NCBI GenBank assembly: GCA_963843455.1
Contig: CAWJKE010000009.1
Span: 3,691-67,690, forward strand
Direction: 5' to 3'
DNA length: 64,000 bases
DNA from: an uncultured Actinomycetota bacterium
GTDB taxonomy: Bacteria > Actinomycetota > Thermoleophilia > RBG-16-64-13
Positions within the stretch are counted from its first letter, which is position 1. Each line of letters starts with the position of its first letter. Positions 50,616-59,960 of this stretch are shown one piece after another. Made by a program: the position numbers and the translations under genes. The notes below the pieces were generated by a model that was not told the DNA's origin, ran no database searches, and worked only from the letters and a program-made list of their open reading frames with translations.

Positions 50616-52265
50616 ATGAAAGTCAGCTTTCTAGCCGGAAGGCCGGCCGATCCCTCGCTGCTGGTGGACGTGCCCAGACTGATCACCGCCTACTACGCGG
50701 AAACGCCCGATCCGTCGGTTCCGGCGCAACGGGTCGCGTTCGGCACCTCGGGACATCGCGGCTCAGCGTTCAAAGCGTCTTTCAACGAGTGGCATATCCT
50801 TGCCGTCACTCAGGCGATCTGCCTCCTCCGAAGGTTGAAGAAGATCGACGGGCCGCTGTTCATCGGCATCGATACGCACGCCCTCTCCGTGCCGGCGTTC
50901 ACGAGTGCGCTCGAAGTCCTGGCGGCGAACGAGATGGAGGTGATGATCTCGGAAGGGGATGAGTACACCCCGACGCCGGTGGTTTCCCACGCGATCCTCA
51001 CATACAACCGAGGGCGAAAGTCGGGATTTGCCGACGGCATAGTGATAACTCCCTCGCACAACCCGCCCGGGGAGGGCGGCTTCAAGTACAACCCGCCCAA
51101 CGGCGGTCCGGCGGGACCCGAGGTCACCGATTGGATCGAGAAGAAAGCGAACGAGTTCCTCGACGCTGGCCTCAAAGGGGTGAAGCGGATCCCCTTTGAG
51201 AAGGCTCTTCGCGCCTCCACGACCCACCGGCACGACTATCTCGACGCCTACGTCGGCGACCTGGGCTCTGTCATCGACATGGGTGCGATCCGCGACGCTA
51301 AGATCAGCCTGGGGGTTGATCCCCTCGGCGGCGCGGCGGTCCACTACTGGGCGCCCATCGCGGAGCGATACGGGCTGGACCTGACCGTTGTCAACGATAC
51401 CGTCGATCCGACCTTCCGCTTCATGACGGTGGATTGGGATGGGCAGATCCGTATGGACCCATCCTCACCGTATGCCATGCAAGGGCTGATCGACCTCAAG
51501 GATCGCTTCCAACTCGCGTTCGCCTGCGATACCGACGCGGATCGGCACGGGATCGTGACCCGGAGTGCTGGGTTGCTTTCGCCCAATCACTACCTTGCGG
51601 TTGCGGTCTACTACCTCTTCCAACACCGGCCAAAGTGGCCCGCGGGGCTCGCCGTGGGCAAGACGGCGGTGAGCAGCCGCATGATCGATCTCGTCACCCA
51701 GAAGCTGGGACGCAGGCTCTACGAGGTCCCGGTGGGATTCAAGTGGTTCGTAGACGGGTTGCTCAACGGCTCGCTTGGCTTCGGAGGAGAGGAGAGTGCG
51801 GGCGCATCTTTCGTGCGCCTGGACGGCGGCGCTTGGACCACAGACAAAGACGGCATCGTCCCGGCGCTGCTTGCTGCCGAGATACTCGCGCGCACGGACC
51901 GAGACCCCGGCGACATCTATGAGGAGCTGACGCGCGAGTTCGGCGAGCCGGTCTACGATCGCGTGGAGGCGCCGGCGACTCCGGAACAAAAGGGCATGCT
52001 CGAGAGGCTCTCGCCGCGACAGGTCCGGAGCGGAGAACTGGCCGGGGAGCAGATCCGGACCATTCTTACGCATGCGCCGGGCAACGGCGCGCCTATCGGT
52101 GGGATCAAGGTAGTGGCCGATAGTGGTTGGTTCGCGGCACGTCCGTCAGGGACCGAGGACATCTACAAGATATATGCCGAGAGCTTCCGCGGAACCGATC
52201 ATCTGCGAAGGGTCCTCGAGGAAGCGCAGACAATAGTGAACGACGCGTTAGCCGTGACCCCCTAG
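50616..52265 (+). CDS. pgm: Phosphoglucomutase (alpha-D-glucose-phosphate specific)
   Basis: FGTSGHRG, TPSHNPP..GG.KYN, CDTDADR, FGGEESAG, FAARPSGTE. Confidence 0.95.
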   Translation: MKVSFLAGRPADPSLLVDVPRLITAYYAETPDPSVPAQRVAFGTSGHRGSAFKASFNEWHILAVTQAICLLRRLKKIDGPLFIGIDTHALSVPAFTSALEVLAANEMEVMISEGDEYTPTPVVSHAILTYNRGRKSGFADGIVITPSHNPPGEGGFKYNPPNGGPAGPEVTDWIEKKANEFLDAGLKGVKRIPFEKALRASTTHRHDYLDAYVGDLGSVIDMGAIRDAKISLGVDPLGGAAVHYWAPIAERYGLDLTVVNDTVDPTFRFMTVDWDGQIRMDPSSPYAMQGLIDLKDRFQLAFACDTDADRHGIVTRSAGLLSPNHYLAVAVYYLFQHRPKWPAGLAVGKTAVSSRMIDLVTQKLGRRLYEVPVGFKWFVDGLLNGSLGFGGEESAGASFVRLDGGAWTTDKDGIVPALLAAEILARTDRDPGDIYEELTREFGEPVYDRVEAPATPEQKGMLERLSPRQVRSGELAGEQIRTILTHAPGNGAPIGGIKVVADSGWFAARPSGTEDIYKIYAESFRGTDHLRRVLEEAQTIVNDALAVTP

Positions 52266-52406
52266 AACGTTCGCACCGGCCGTCGATTCTCCCGGCGGCT
52301 TGCTCTTGTTAGTCAGCCCCACTAGACACAGCCACCCTTTTGTCCCATTCTGAGGGTGGTTCCCGGGGCGCAGATAGCAGGCGCGGACCCAGGAGGTCCA
52401 TGGGCG

Positions 52407-53312
52407 ATGTCAAGGATGGCTCACTCGCCGTCGTCTAGGTCCTTTCGCTCACTCCAGGTGTGGCTGGTGGTGCTCACTGCTGGGCTGGTACTTTTGATCA
52501 CACTCGGCAGCGGAAGATCGTTCGCGCGGATCTCCCCGGCCCGTCGCCTCCTGGATGTCGGCCCGGCTGTCGGAGATCTCTTTGTCCTCCTTACGGCCGT
52601 CCTCGTCGTCGAGCTCGGCCTGCTTGTCTACGTTCTCTTTTCGCGGCTTAGGCGGCGCTCCCCGGAAGACGCCGATGCAGGGAAGGAACCGAGCACCGCC
52701 TGGCAGCGACTCGTGGCCCCGCTGATACCGTTCGTGCTGATAGCGGTGCTCGTCGCCATCGTCGCCCGCAGGGGGGACGGCACGCTCACCACTCCGATGT
52801 CCCTGGCGCCGCCGGGCACTCTGTTTCCTGGTGACGGAGTGCCGGGAACAGGGGCGCCTGTGGTGGTCCACTGGTGGATCCTCGGGGGGCTGGCGCTGCT
52901 CGCGGTGGCCGTATTGCTCGTCTTCGAGGTTGCGCGACGATGGCAGCGTCGGAGAGAGGCAGAACCACGGGGCGCGTCATCTGACCGGGAGGAGCTCTTG
53001 GTGGCGATCGATGGCTCGCTGCGGGAGCTGGAGAACGATCCAGACCCGCGGCGGGCGGTCATCAATGCCTATGCTGCCATGGAGCGGGTGCTGTCAGAGC
53101 ATGGTCTGCCGCGGATGCCGTCCGAGACGCCCCTCGAGTATCTGGCCCGTTGGGCCGGTGCGCTCCATGTGGGGCGGGCGGCCGCGGAAGCCCTCGCCGT
53201 GCTCTACGAGCGCGCCCGGTTCAGCGCCCACCTCATCGACGAGGAGATGAAACAGGAAGCCAGAAGGGCGCTCGGCGCCCTTCGCCATGACCTCGGGGCG
53301 GAACCGGCATGA
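52407..53312 (+). CDS. DUF4129-domain membrane protein
   Basis: Several TMs; C-terminal AYAAME..L..HG.PR.PSETP.EY...LYERARFS. Confidence 0.75.
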   Translation: MSRMAHSPSSRSFRSLQVWLVVLTAGLVLLITLGSGRSFARISPARRLLDVGPAVGDLFVLLTAVLVVELGLLVYVLFSRLRRRSPEDADAGKEPSTAWQRLVAPLIPFVLIAVLVAIVARRGDGTLTTPMSLAPPGTLFPGDGVPGTGAPVVVHWWILGGLALLAVAVLLVFEVARRWQRRREAEPRGASSDREELLVAIDGSLRELENDPDPRRAVINAYAAMERVLSEHGLPRMPSETPLEYLARWAGALHVGRAAAEALAVLYERARFSAHLIDEEMKQEARRALGALRHDLGAEPA

Positions 53313-53815
53313 GGCTTTGGAAGGCTTCTCTGCTCACGCTGGCCGCCGCGGTAGCGGTGGTCATCGGCATCGTGCTCGCGGGCGTGGGCAGCGGCGTGGC
53401 CTTGCTCGCCTACGTTCTGTTCATCGCAGCGCTGCTGTTCGCCTGGCTCCTCGGTCGGCTTGGCAACGTACTACCCCCAGCTCGGGACTTCCAGCGCCTG
53501 CTGGGCAGAGCCGACCGGCCGGAGATGCCGGTGGAGCAATTCGAGACGATAAGACGGTTGGTCCTTCTTGCGGGGTCCAGCCGGTCGGATCTGCTGCGGC
53601 TGCGGCCCCTGGTCCGCGACATCGTCGGGGCTCGTCTGTCGAGGCGGTACGGCGTCGATCTGGAACGGGAGCCGGAGCGAGCCGGATCACTGTTGGGGGG
53701 GGGCCGCGTCTGGGAGCTCGTCCGGCCGGACTATACGACACCGGGCGACCGCGACGCCCCCGGGTGGTCGCCCGGTGAACTGGCACAACTGGTCGACGAA
53801 TTGGAGAGTCTCTGA
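53309..53815 (+). CDS. Conserved hypothetical membrane protein of the MoxR operon
   Basis: 2 N-terminal TMs; ATGA-coupled to upstream gene. Confidence 0.6.
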   Translation: MRLWKASLLTLAAAVAVVIGIVLAGVGSGVALLAYVLFIAALLFAWLLGRLGNVLPPARDFQRLLGRADRPEMPVEQFETIRRLVLLAGSSRSDLLRLRPLVRDIVGARLSRRYGVDLEREPERAGSLLGGGRVWELVRPDYTTPGDRDAPGWSPGELAQLVDELESL

Positions 53816-54810
53816 TGGAAGACCGACCGACTCACGATCTCACGTTCGAGCAGGTCGCCTCGCTGGGAGCGGCGGTCTTGCAGGAGGTCGAGCGAGCCGT
53901 GGTGGGCAAGCGGGACGTTCTCGAACTGGTCCTTGTCGGGCTCCTCGCCGATGGGCACGTGTTGATCGAGGACCTCCCGGGTCTGGCCAAGACGCTTATC
54001 GCCCGCTCCTTCGCGCAGGCGACCTCCCTGACCTTTCGCCGCATCCAGTTCACCCCCGACCTCATGCCTTCGGACGTGACCGGCGCTTCCATCTACAGCC
54101 AGAAGCGGGGCGAATTCGAGTTTCATCCGGGCCCCGTGTTTGCCAACCTGCTCCTCGCCGACGAGATCAACCGCGCACCGGCCAAGACGCAGGCGGCCCT
54201 CCTCGAGGCGATGCAGGAGCGGCAGGTGACAGCAGAGGGCATCACCCGCCGCTTAGAGCAACCCTTCCTCGTGCTTGCCACTCAGAACCCAATCGAATAC
54301 GAGGGCACTTACCCGTTGCCGGAAGCGCAGTTGGATCGTTTCTTGCTGCGCATCTCGGTCGGCTATCCGGGCCGCGATGATGAGGCCCTCGTGCTCGCAA
54401 GGCGCGGCGAGCGTCAGCAAGAAAGCATGGATCTCCGGCCCGTGGTGGATGTAGACACCATGCTTGCGATGCAGCGCGCCGTCGAGCGCGTGCACGTGTC
54501 GGAGAGCATCCGCCTGTACATGGTCGATATCGTGCGGGCGACGCGGGAGAACGGGCGCGTTCAGGTGGGATCGAGCCCTCGCGGGTCGCTTGCCCTGTAC
54601 ACGTTGGCCCGAGCTCGCGCCGTGCTGGGGGGGCGCGATTTCGTCACGCCGGAAGACGTCAAGGACATCGCACCGCCGGCCCTGGTTCACCGACTCACCC
54701 TGCGGCCCGAGATCTGGGTGCAGAGGGTGCCGACTGAGGACATCATCAGAGAAGTCCTGAGCACCGTTCCCACCCCGCCGGTGAGGGACGCCGAACCTGG
54801 ACGAGCGTGA
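53815..54810 (+). CDS. moxR: MoxR-family AAA+ ATPase
   Basis: HVLIEDLPGLAKT, RIQFTPDLMPSD, LADEINRAP.KTQ.ALLEAM, ATQNPIEYEGTYPLPEAQLDRF. Confidence 0.95.
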   Translation: MEDRPTHDLTFEQVASLGAAVLQEVERAVVGKRDVLELVLVGLLADGHVLIEDLPGLAKTLIARSFAQATSLTFRRIQFTPDLMPSDVTGASIYSQKRGEFEFHPGPVFANLLLADEINRAPAKTQAALLEAMQERQVTAEGITRRLEQPFLVLATQNPIEYEGTYPLPEAQLDRFLLRISVGYPGRDDEALVLARRGERQQESMDLRPVVDVDTMLAMQRAVERVHVSESIRLYMVDIVRATRENGRVQVGSSPRGSLALYTLARARAVLGGRDFVTPEDVKDIAPPALVHRLTLRPEIWVQRVPTEDIIREVLSTVPTPPVRDAEPGRA

Positions 54811-56093
54811 GGCGCTCGCCGAAACTCGTTCTCTACGCGGCCCTTGCCGCGACGTTCTTTCTCCTGGCGCTGGTGCTCGGCCGGCCGGAACTGGTTGCTC
54901 TCGGCGCACCGTTCGCGCTCGTCCTGATCGTAGGTCTGTCGCTGCCGCGGCCGGGAGTTGTAGAAGTATCGCTCGAGGTCGTGGCCGAGCGGGTCCTCGA
55001 GGGCGACGAGATTGAGGCGGAGTTGTCGGTCCGTCCGATCGAGCCCGCAGGAGCGACAGCACACGTCCCGGTCCTCTACTTGGGTCTCTCGCTTCCCCAG
55101 GGCTTGAGGACCGCCGTCGGAGAAACCACCCTTGTGCTGGCTCTCCAGGCGGGAGAAGAGCGCCGGATCCCCCTCCGGTTTGTGGCCGACCGCTGGGGAG
55201 GCTACCGGTTGGGCGACGTGGTCTGGCGGACGAGTGACGTCGCCGGCCTGGTCTCCAGGGACGGATCTTCCCGGGGCACCTCGCCGCTCCAGGTCTATCC
55301 CCGGACCGAGCGCCTTCGCGCTCTTCTGGCCCCCCTGGAGGCCCAGCCATTCGCCGGCAATCGGGTGGCCCGCGCCAGGGGAGAAGGGATCGAGTTCGCC
55401 GAGACGCGGCCCTACGTCCCTGGTGACCGTCCTCGCCGGGTCAACTGGCGGGCCACCTCGGTACGCCAGACTCTGTTCGTGAACGAGCAGCATCCGGAGC
55501 GGAACAGCGACGTGGTCATCTTCGTGGACACCTCTGCCGAAGCGAGGCGCGGGGACGAGGGCTCGCTCGACCTCGCCGTGCGCGCTGCCGCCACTCTTGC
55601 CGAACACTACCTCTCCACCCGCGACCGCGTGGGGTTCGTGAGCTTTGGCGCCATGGTACGGTGGCTCACTCCCGGCTCGGGTGACGTCCAGCGCTACCGC
55701 ATCATCGAGACGCTGCTCGCCTCCGAGATAGCCTTCTCCTTCGCCTGGAGGGACATCGACACTCTGCCCGCTCGCAGCCTGACCCCTCACGCGCTGATCA
55801 TCGCCATCACTCCACTGCTTGACGAGCGAGGTGTAGCCGCGCTGCTCGACCTCCGTCGCAGGGGGTTCGATCTGGTTGTCGTCGAGATCTCTCCTCTGGC
55901 CTTCGCCCCGGACGGTCGGAACTCGCTGGATGCGGTTGCCGCAAGGCTATGGCGTCTTTGGAGAGGCACCGTCCGCTTCCGGTTCGAAGAGTTGGGCGTT
56001 GCCGTGGTCGAGTGGGATGGGCAGGTTCCGCTGGCTGCCGCGCTAGAGGAGGTGAGATCATTCCGCCGGTCCGCGCGCCACGCCTTCGGATAG
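54807..56093 (+). CDS. DUF58 (VWA-like) protein
   Basis: EF.ETRPY.PGD..R.VNWRAT, degenerate MIDAS FVDTS, DRVG. Confidence 0.88.
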   Translation: MRRSPKLVLYAALAATFFLLALVLGRPELVALGAPFALVLIVGLSLPRPGVVEVSLEVVAERVLEGDEIEAELSVRPIEPAGATAHVPVLYLGLSLPQGLRTAVGETTLVLALQAGEERRIPLRFVADRWGGYRLGDVVWRTSDVAGLVSRDGSSRGTSPLQVYPRTERLRALLAPLEAQPFAGNRVARARGEGIEFAETRPYVPGDRPRRVNWRATSVRQTLFVNEQHPERNSDVVIFVDTSAEARRGDEGSLDLAVRAAATLAEHYLSTRDRVGFVSFGAMVRWLTPGSGDVQRYRIIETLLASEIAFSFAWRDIDTLPARSLTPHALIIAITPLLDERGVAALLDLRRRGFDLVVVEISPLAFAPDGRNSLDAVAARLWRLWRGTVRFRFEELGVAVVEWDGQVPLAAALEEVRSFRRSARHAFG

Positions 56094-56614
56094 GGCTGGG
56101 GACAGGTGCTGCGGTCCTCGCCGCCGCCCTGGCCGGTTACCCCCTCGCCTATGCCGGTGAGCTGACTCCGCCCGTGGCGCTGCTCGCCGGACTCGGGCTA
56201 CTCTTCGTGATACCGGCAGTGGTCTTTCGGTCTCGGTCCGCAACTGCTGCCGGTCTGTTCTTGCTGGCGGCCGAGTACGTGCTGGTAGAGGTGACCGATC
56301 GAGTCGCGATCCTGTCGATAGCCGGCTACGCCGCCGGCCTGGTGATCCTTGCCGAACTTCTGCTCTGGTCGGCAAGCCTTCCATCCCCGAGCCGGGTGGA
56401 CCTATCGGTGATCACCCGATGGTTATGGGGTGTGACACTGATAGCCGTGGCCGCCGCGGCGCTCGCGATCATGGTCTTGGCCGTCGCCGACCTCCGCATC
56501 CCCGGGGGCCCCACCGGCACCATCGCCGGTGCGACCGCAGCGGCGATGGTGCTCGCCCTTCCCTGGCTCCTGCTCAGACGAAGGCTTGCCCGAAGCGCTC
56601 CCAGGAATAACTGA
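55949..56614 (+). CDS. Hypothetical multi-TM membrane protein (start uncertain)
   Basis: About 5-6 hydrophobic segments; last gene of the MoxR operon. Confidence 0.55.
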   Translation: MASLERHRPLPVRRVGRCRGRVGWAGSAGCRARGGEIIPPVRAPRLRIGLGTGAAVLAAALAGYPLAYAGELTPPVALLAGLGLLFVIPAVVFRSRSATAAGLFLLAAEYVLVEVTDRVAILSIAGYAAGLVILAELLLWSASLPSPSRVDLSVITRWLWGVTLIAVAAAALAIMVLAVADLRIPGGPTGTIAGATAAAMVLALPWLLLRRRLARSAPRNN

Positions 56615-56637
56615 AAGCGTCTGCTATTCCGTCGTCT

Positions 56638-57763
56638 CTAGAAGGGCGTTACCTGCGCCGTCGTGACGATGCCCACGTAGAAGTACTGGGTGACGTTGCC
56701 GGCTGAGTCGGCGTACGCGAGCGCCAGTTGCGTGCTCACGTTGGCTCTGAGGACATCAAACGTCCAGGTGTAGATGCCCGGGGCTCCCGTCTTTGGCCCG
56801 GCCACCGGCGTAAAGACCGGGTCGCCGCTCCTGGGCCTGAGAACGGCGGTATCGATCTTCTTGATAGTCCAGTTGTACGGCGTCGAGGAGTCTCCGCCCA
56901 GCGTCAGCACTACCTGCGCACCTGCTGTCGCGTAGACCACGCTCCCATTGTTGCGCTCGTCCAAATAGGTGTTGCTAGGCACCTGCGTCGTTGGTGGGCG
57001 AGGGATGTACGACGTACTTGTGGTGGGCGGGAGGGTCGGCTTGGTCGTGGTCGTTGTGGGAGGTTGCGTCGTCGTCGTGGTGGGACGCTGCAGTGGTGGT
57101 CGTTGGCTTGGCGGTAGTCGTGGTTGCCGCGGCCGTGGTTGTGGTGGTGGGCGCCGCGGTAGTCGTGGTTGTCGGTGCTGCCGTGGTTGTGGTAGGCGCC
57201 GCCGTGGTCGTGGTGGTCGCCTCGGTCGTGGTCGTGGTAGTCGCTTCGGTGGAAGTGGTCGTCTCCGCCTCTGTGGTCGTAGTCGAAGAAGTAGGCGTGC
57301 TCGAGACCACCTGGATAGTCACCTTGAACGACTTCTCCGATTTCCCCTGCGGGCTCACGTATTCTGCCGATACAGCCGTCTCTCCCAGAGCGAGGGCGAT
57401 GCCTGCGAAGGTGTACACGCCGGGGGTGTCGCCCTCATCCGGAGTGATTTGAGGGCCGGGAAGACCCTTGACCACCTCCGGATCCGGCGGAAACACGTCC
57501 CACTGGTAGCCCTGGCTTGGGTACCCGGGCAGTTCCAGGATGAGCAGATATCCGGGAGAAACGACGACGGTCTTTCCGTTCGACGTCTCGGTAAGTCTGA
57601 CCACTTCGGTCCCGGGCGGGATCTGCCCTATGGAGGTGGTCGTGGTGGCCGTCTCCTCGCCCTGGCACGAAGCCAGGTATATGACGACTATCACCAGGAT
57701 GACGACGACCGCTATGAGGGCAATCGCGATCCAGTTGATCTTGCGACCCTTGGTTGCTGCCAC
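56638..57763 (-). CDS. Putative lipoprotein with two chagasin/I42-like domains and a Thr-rich linker; frameshifted near 57086
   Basis: Lipobox LASC; LELPGYPSQGYQW; after the shift PSNTYLDERNNG..LGGDSSTPYNW..GAPG.Y.W.F; joins ORFs 56975..57763 and 56638..56982. Confidence 0.75.
57020..57300 (-). repeat. Mucin-like (A/P)TTTT coding linker, gene 1
   Basis: Repeated AAPTTTT(T) units with synonymous codon variation. Confidence 0.9.
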
Positions 57764-57835
57764 GGTGGCCTCCCCGTCTTTCGCCCAGGTTCACTTCACG
57801 TGCGATTGAAATCCATTATAGAGATAAACATGGAG

Positions 57836-57878
57836 ACAAAGAAAAGCGGCGGGGGCTCGGATCACGAGCCCCCGCCGC
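57836..57878 (-). terminator. Intrinsic terminator of the upstream I42 paralog
   Basis: Minus strand GCGGCGGGGGCTCG-tgatc-CGAGCCCCCGCCGC-TTTTCTTTG. Confidence 0.85.
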
Positions 57879-57906
57879 GCAGGCGTCGGCTATGCCGTCA
57901 CCGCTA

Positions 57907-59043
57907 CTACGGGGTGATGGGTGCGGTGCTTGTGACTATGCCCACGTAGAAGTACTGGTCGATGTTGCCGGCAGCGTCGACATACGCGAGGGCCAGCGAA
58001 GTACTGACGTCGGCCTGCAGCACGTCGAAGGTCCAGACATAGACACCCGGTGCCCCTGTCTTTGCTCCTGTAGTCGGGGTAAACACGGGATCGCCGGCCG
58101 ACCTGAGGACTGCTGTGTCGATCTTCTTAATCTGCCAGAGGAAACCGCTCGACTGGTCGCCACCCAGGCTGAGCACTATCTTGCCGCCCGCTGTAGCGTC
58201 GACCACATCGCCGTTGTTTCGCTCATCCAGGTAGGTGTTCCCGGGCACGGGCTCTACCGGAGGCCTTTCGATGAAGGACGTGCTGGTTGTCGGCGGCAGC
58301 GTCACCGTGGTCGTGGTGGGCTTCTGGGTCGTCGTGGTGGTCGGAGGCTTCGTCGTCGTGGTCGTCGGCGCCGCCGTTGTCGTGGTCGCGGCTCCCGTTG
58401 TGGTGGTCGCCGCAGCCGTCGTGGTAGTTGTGGGTGCCGCGGTGGTGGTTGTGGGTGCCGCGGTGGTCGTGGTCGTCGCCGCGGTGGTGGTTGTCGTGGT
58501 CGCCGCAGTCGTGGTGGTCGTCACCTCGATCGTGGTAGTAGTCTCCTCGCCGGTCGTCGTAGACGATGTCGGACTACTCGAGACCACCTCGAATGTGCAT
58601 GTGAACGACCTCTCGACTTGTCCCCTGCGGTCTACGTAATCCGCCGAGAACGCGGTCGTGCCCACCCTGAGGGCCAGGGCGGTGAAGGTGTAGGTTCCCT
58701 GCAGGTTCGCCTGGTCGAAGACCACCCGGGGGCCGGGCAGCGCCCGTACGATCATCGGGTCCGGCGGGAGCACGTCCCAGTGATTCTGCAGGCTTGGCCG
58801 CCCGCTGAGTTCGAGTTGGATCAGGAACCCGGGCGAAACGAGCACCACTTTCCCATTCGACAGTTCGTTTATCTTCACCACCTGCAGGTTTTGCCCGAGT
58901 TGCCTCTCGGTGGTGGTCGTTGTTCCCTTGCTGCCGCTGCAGCCCGCCGCAAAGATGGTGACGCCTGCCACGGCGGCTATGGCGAGTGTCAAGACCGCCA
59001 TCCGGCCCCGTCCGTATCTCCGTCGTCCTCGCTTATCAGACAC
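57907..59043 (-). CDS. Putative lipoprotein with two chagasin/I42-like domains and a Thr-rich linker (intact paralog)
   Basis: Lipobox FAAGC; LELSGRPSLQNHW; NTYLDERNNG..LGGDQSSGFLW..GAPG.Y.W.F; GTG 59043 after GGAGG. Confidence 0.8.
   Translation of the reverse strand: MSDKRGRRRYGRGRMAVLTLAIAAVAGVTIFAAGCSGSKGTTTTTERQLGQNLQVVKINELSNGKVVLVSPGFLIQLELSGRPSLQNHWDVLPPDPMIVRALPGPRVVFDQANLQGTYTFTALALRVGTTAFSADYVDRRGQVERSFTCTFEVVSSSPTSSTTTGEETTTTIEVTTTTTAATTTTTTAATTTTTAAPTTTTAAPTTTTTAAATTTTGAATTTTAAPTTTTTKPPTTTTTQKPTTTTVTLPPTTSTSFIERPPVEPVPGNTYLDERNNGDVVDATAGGKIVLSLGGDQSSGFLWQIKKIDTAVLRSAGDPVFTPTTGAKTGAPGVYVWTFDVLQADVSTSLALAYVDAAGNIDQYFYVGIVTSTAPITP
58280..58570 (-). repeat. Mucin-like (A/P)TTTT coding linker, gene 2
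   Basis: TTTTAATTTTTTAATTTTTAAPTTTTAAPTTTTT...KPPTTTTTQKPTTTT. Confidence 0.9.
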
Positions 59044-59157
59044 GATGCCCTCCTCCATGAATTTCGCGCCCATATACATCACATCGGTGGAAACTGACTT
59101 ATGGAATAGAGTCTTCTGGCTGGTTCGCTTCAATCCTGCGCGCGCCGGTGGTCCAAG

Positions 59158-59299
59158 AGGGGAGCCGCGGCGGTTGGCGTCGGCGTCTCATCAGCACTTG
59201 ACTCCCCCGATGGAGTGGGGGAACATGGCCGAAATACCGGTCGGACCAGGGGTCTCTGCCGCTGTACACACTGGTTGCTCGGGGTCCCGTGGCTCCTCT
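59158..59299 (+). ncRNA. Candidate structured RNA or leader of unknown class
   Basis: 13-bp closing helix 59158-59170/59287-59299 with two G-U pairs (favours + strand) enclosing several hairpins; ends about 35 nt before the GTPase start. Confidence 0.4.
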
Positions 59300-59333
59300 G
59301 CCCCCGTTGATCTACGTTCCCGGAGGGCACTCG

Positions 59334-59960
59334 ATGCGCCTACTCTTGTTCGCCGGCTTTCTCGGTTCGGGGAAGACTACTCTCATACTTGCGCTTGCCA
59401 AGCGTGCCGCGCTGGAGCGCTTACGCGTCTGCGTGTTGGTCAACGAGGTCGGAGAGGTGGGGATAGATGGCGAGGTGTTGCGCCTGGGTGACATGGAGGT
59501 CGTCGAGATAACCGGTGGCTGCATATGCTGCCAGATAGGCGTGGACCTCGTGCGGGCGTTGCGCGATCTGGAGCGGGACTTCGAGCCCGACCTGGTGATA
59601 GTCGAGGCCAGCGGCATCGCCACGCCGCAGGGAGTACTCGATTCGATCGGCCGCTATCCTCCCGCGACGTTGACCTCCGTCCAGACGGTCACCGTGGTCG
59701 ACCCCGTACGCTTTGAGGCTCTCCACGAGGTGCTCACGCCGCTGATCGAAGGCCAGATAGCCGGCGCCGACTACCTGGTGATCACCAAAGCGGACGAGGC
59801 GGCAGCCGGCGAAGTCGAGGCCGCCGTGCGCGTCGCCGGCGGACTCGCGCCGGCGGTGCCCGTGTTTGTCACGGACGCCAGGCGTGAAGAGACGCTTGAC
59901 GGATTCCTGGCCTCGCTTGGCCTGCCCGCAAAAGCGGCGGGCGCGGAGGCGGGGCAGTGA
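59334..59960 (+). CDS. CobW/HypB/UreG (G3E) GTPase, GTPase domain only
   Basis: GFLGSGKTT, NEVGEVGIDG, GGCICC, EASG, TKAD; no CobW_C domain. Confidence 0.88.
   Translation: MRLLLFAGFLGSGKTTLILALAKRAALERLRVCVLVNEVGEVGIDGEVLRLGDMEVVEITGGCICCQIGVDLVRALRDLERDFEPDLVIVEASGIATPQGVLDSIGRYPPATLTSVQTVTVVDPVRFEALHEVLTPLIEGQIAGADYLVITKADEAAAGEVEAAVRVAGGLAPAVPVFVTDARREETLDGFLASLGLPAKAAGAEAGQ

Noticed and set aside
57020-58570. Short repeated DNA units that could suggest CRISPR or VNTR
   Set aside because: Degenerate in-frame Thr/Ala codons with no constant repeat-spacer pattern and no cas genes
59158-59299. Specific assignment as cobalamin, fluoride, guanidine riboswitch, hammerhead or 6S
   Set aside because: Only partial motifs (GGGAA+T-loop, GAUGGAGU, minus-strand CUGAUGA). 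The B12 box, pseudoknot partner, GAAA core and symmetric 6S rod are missing.
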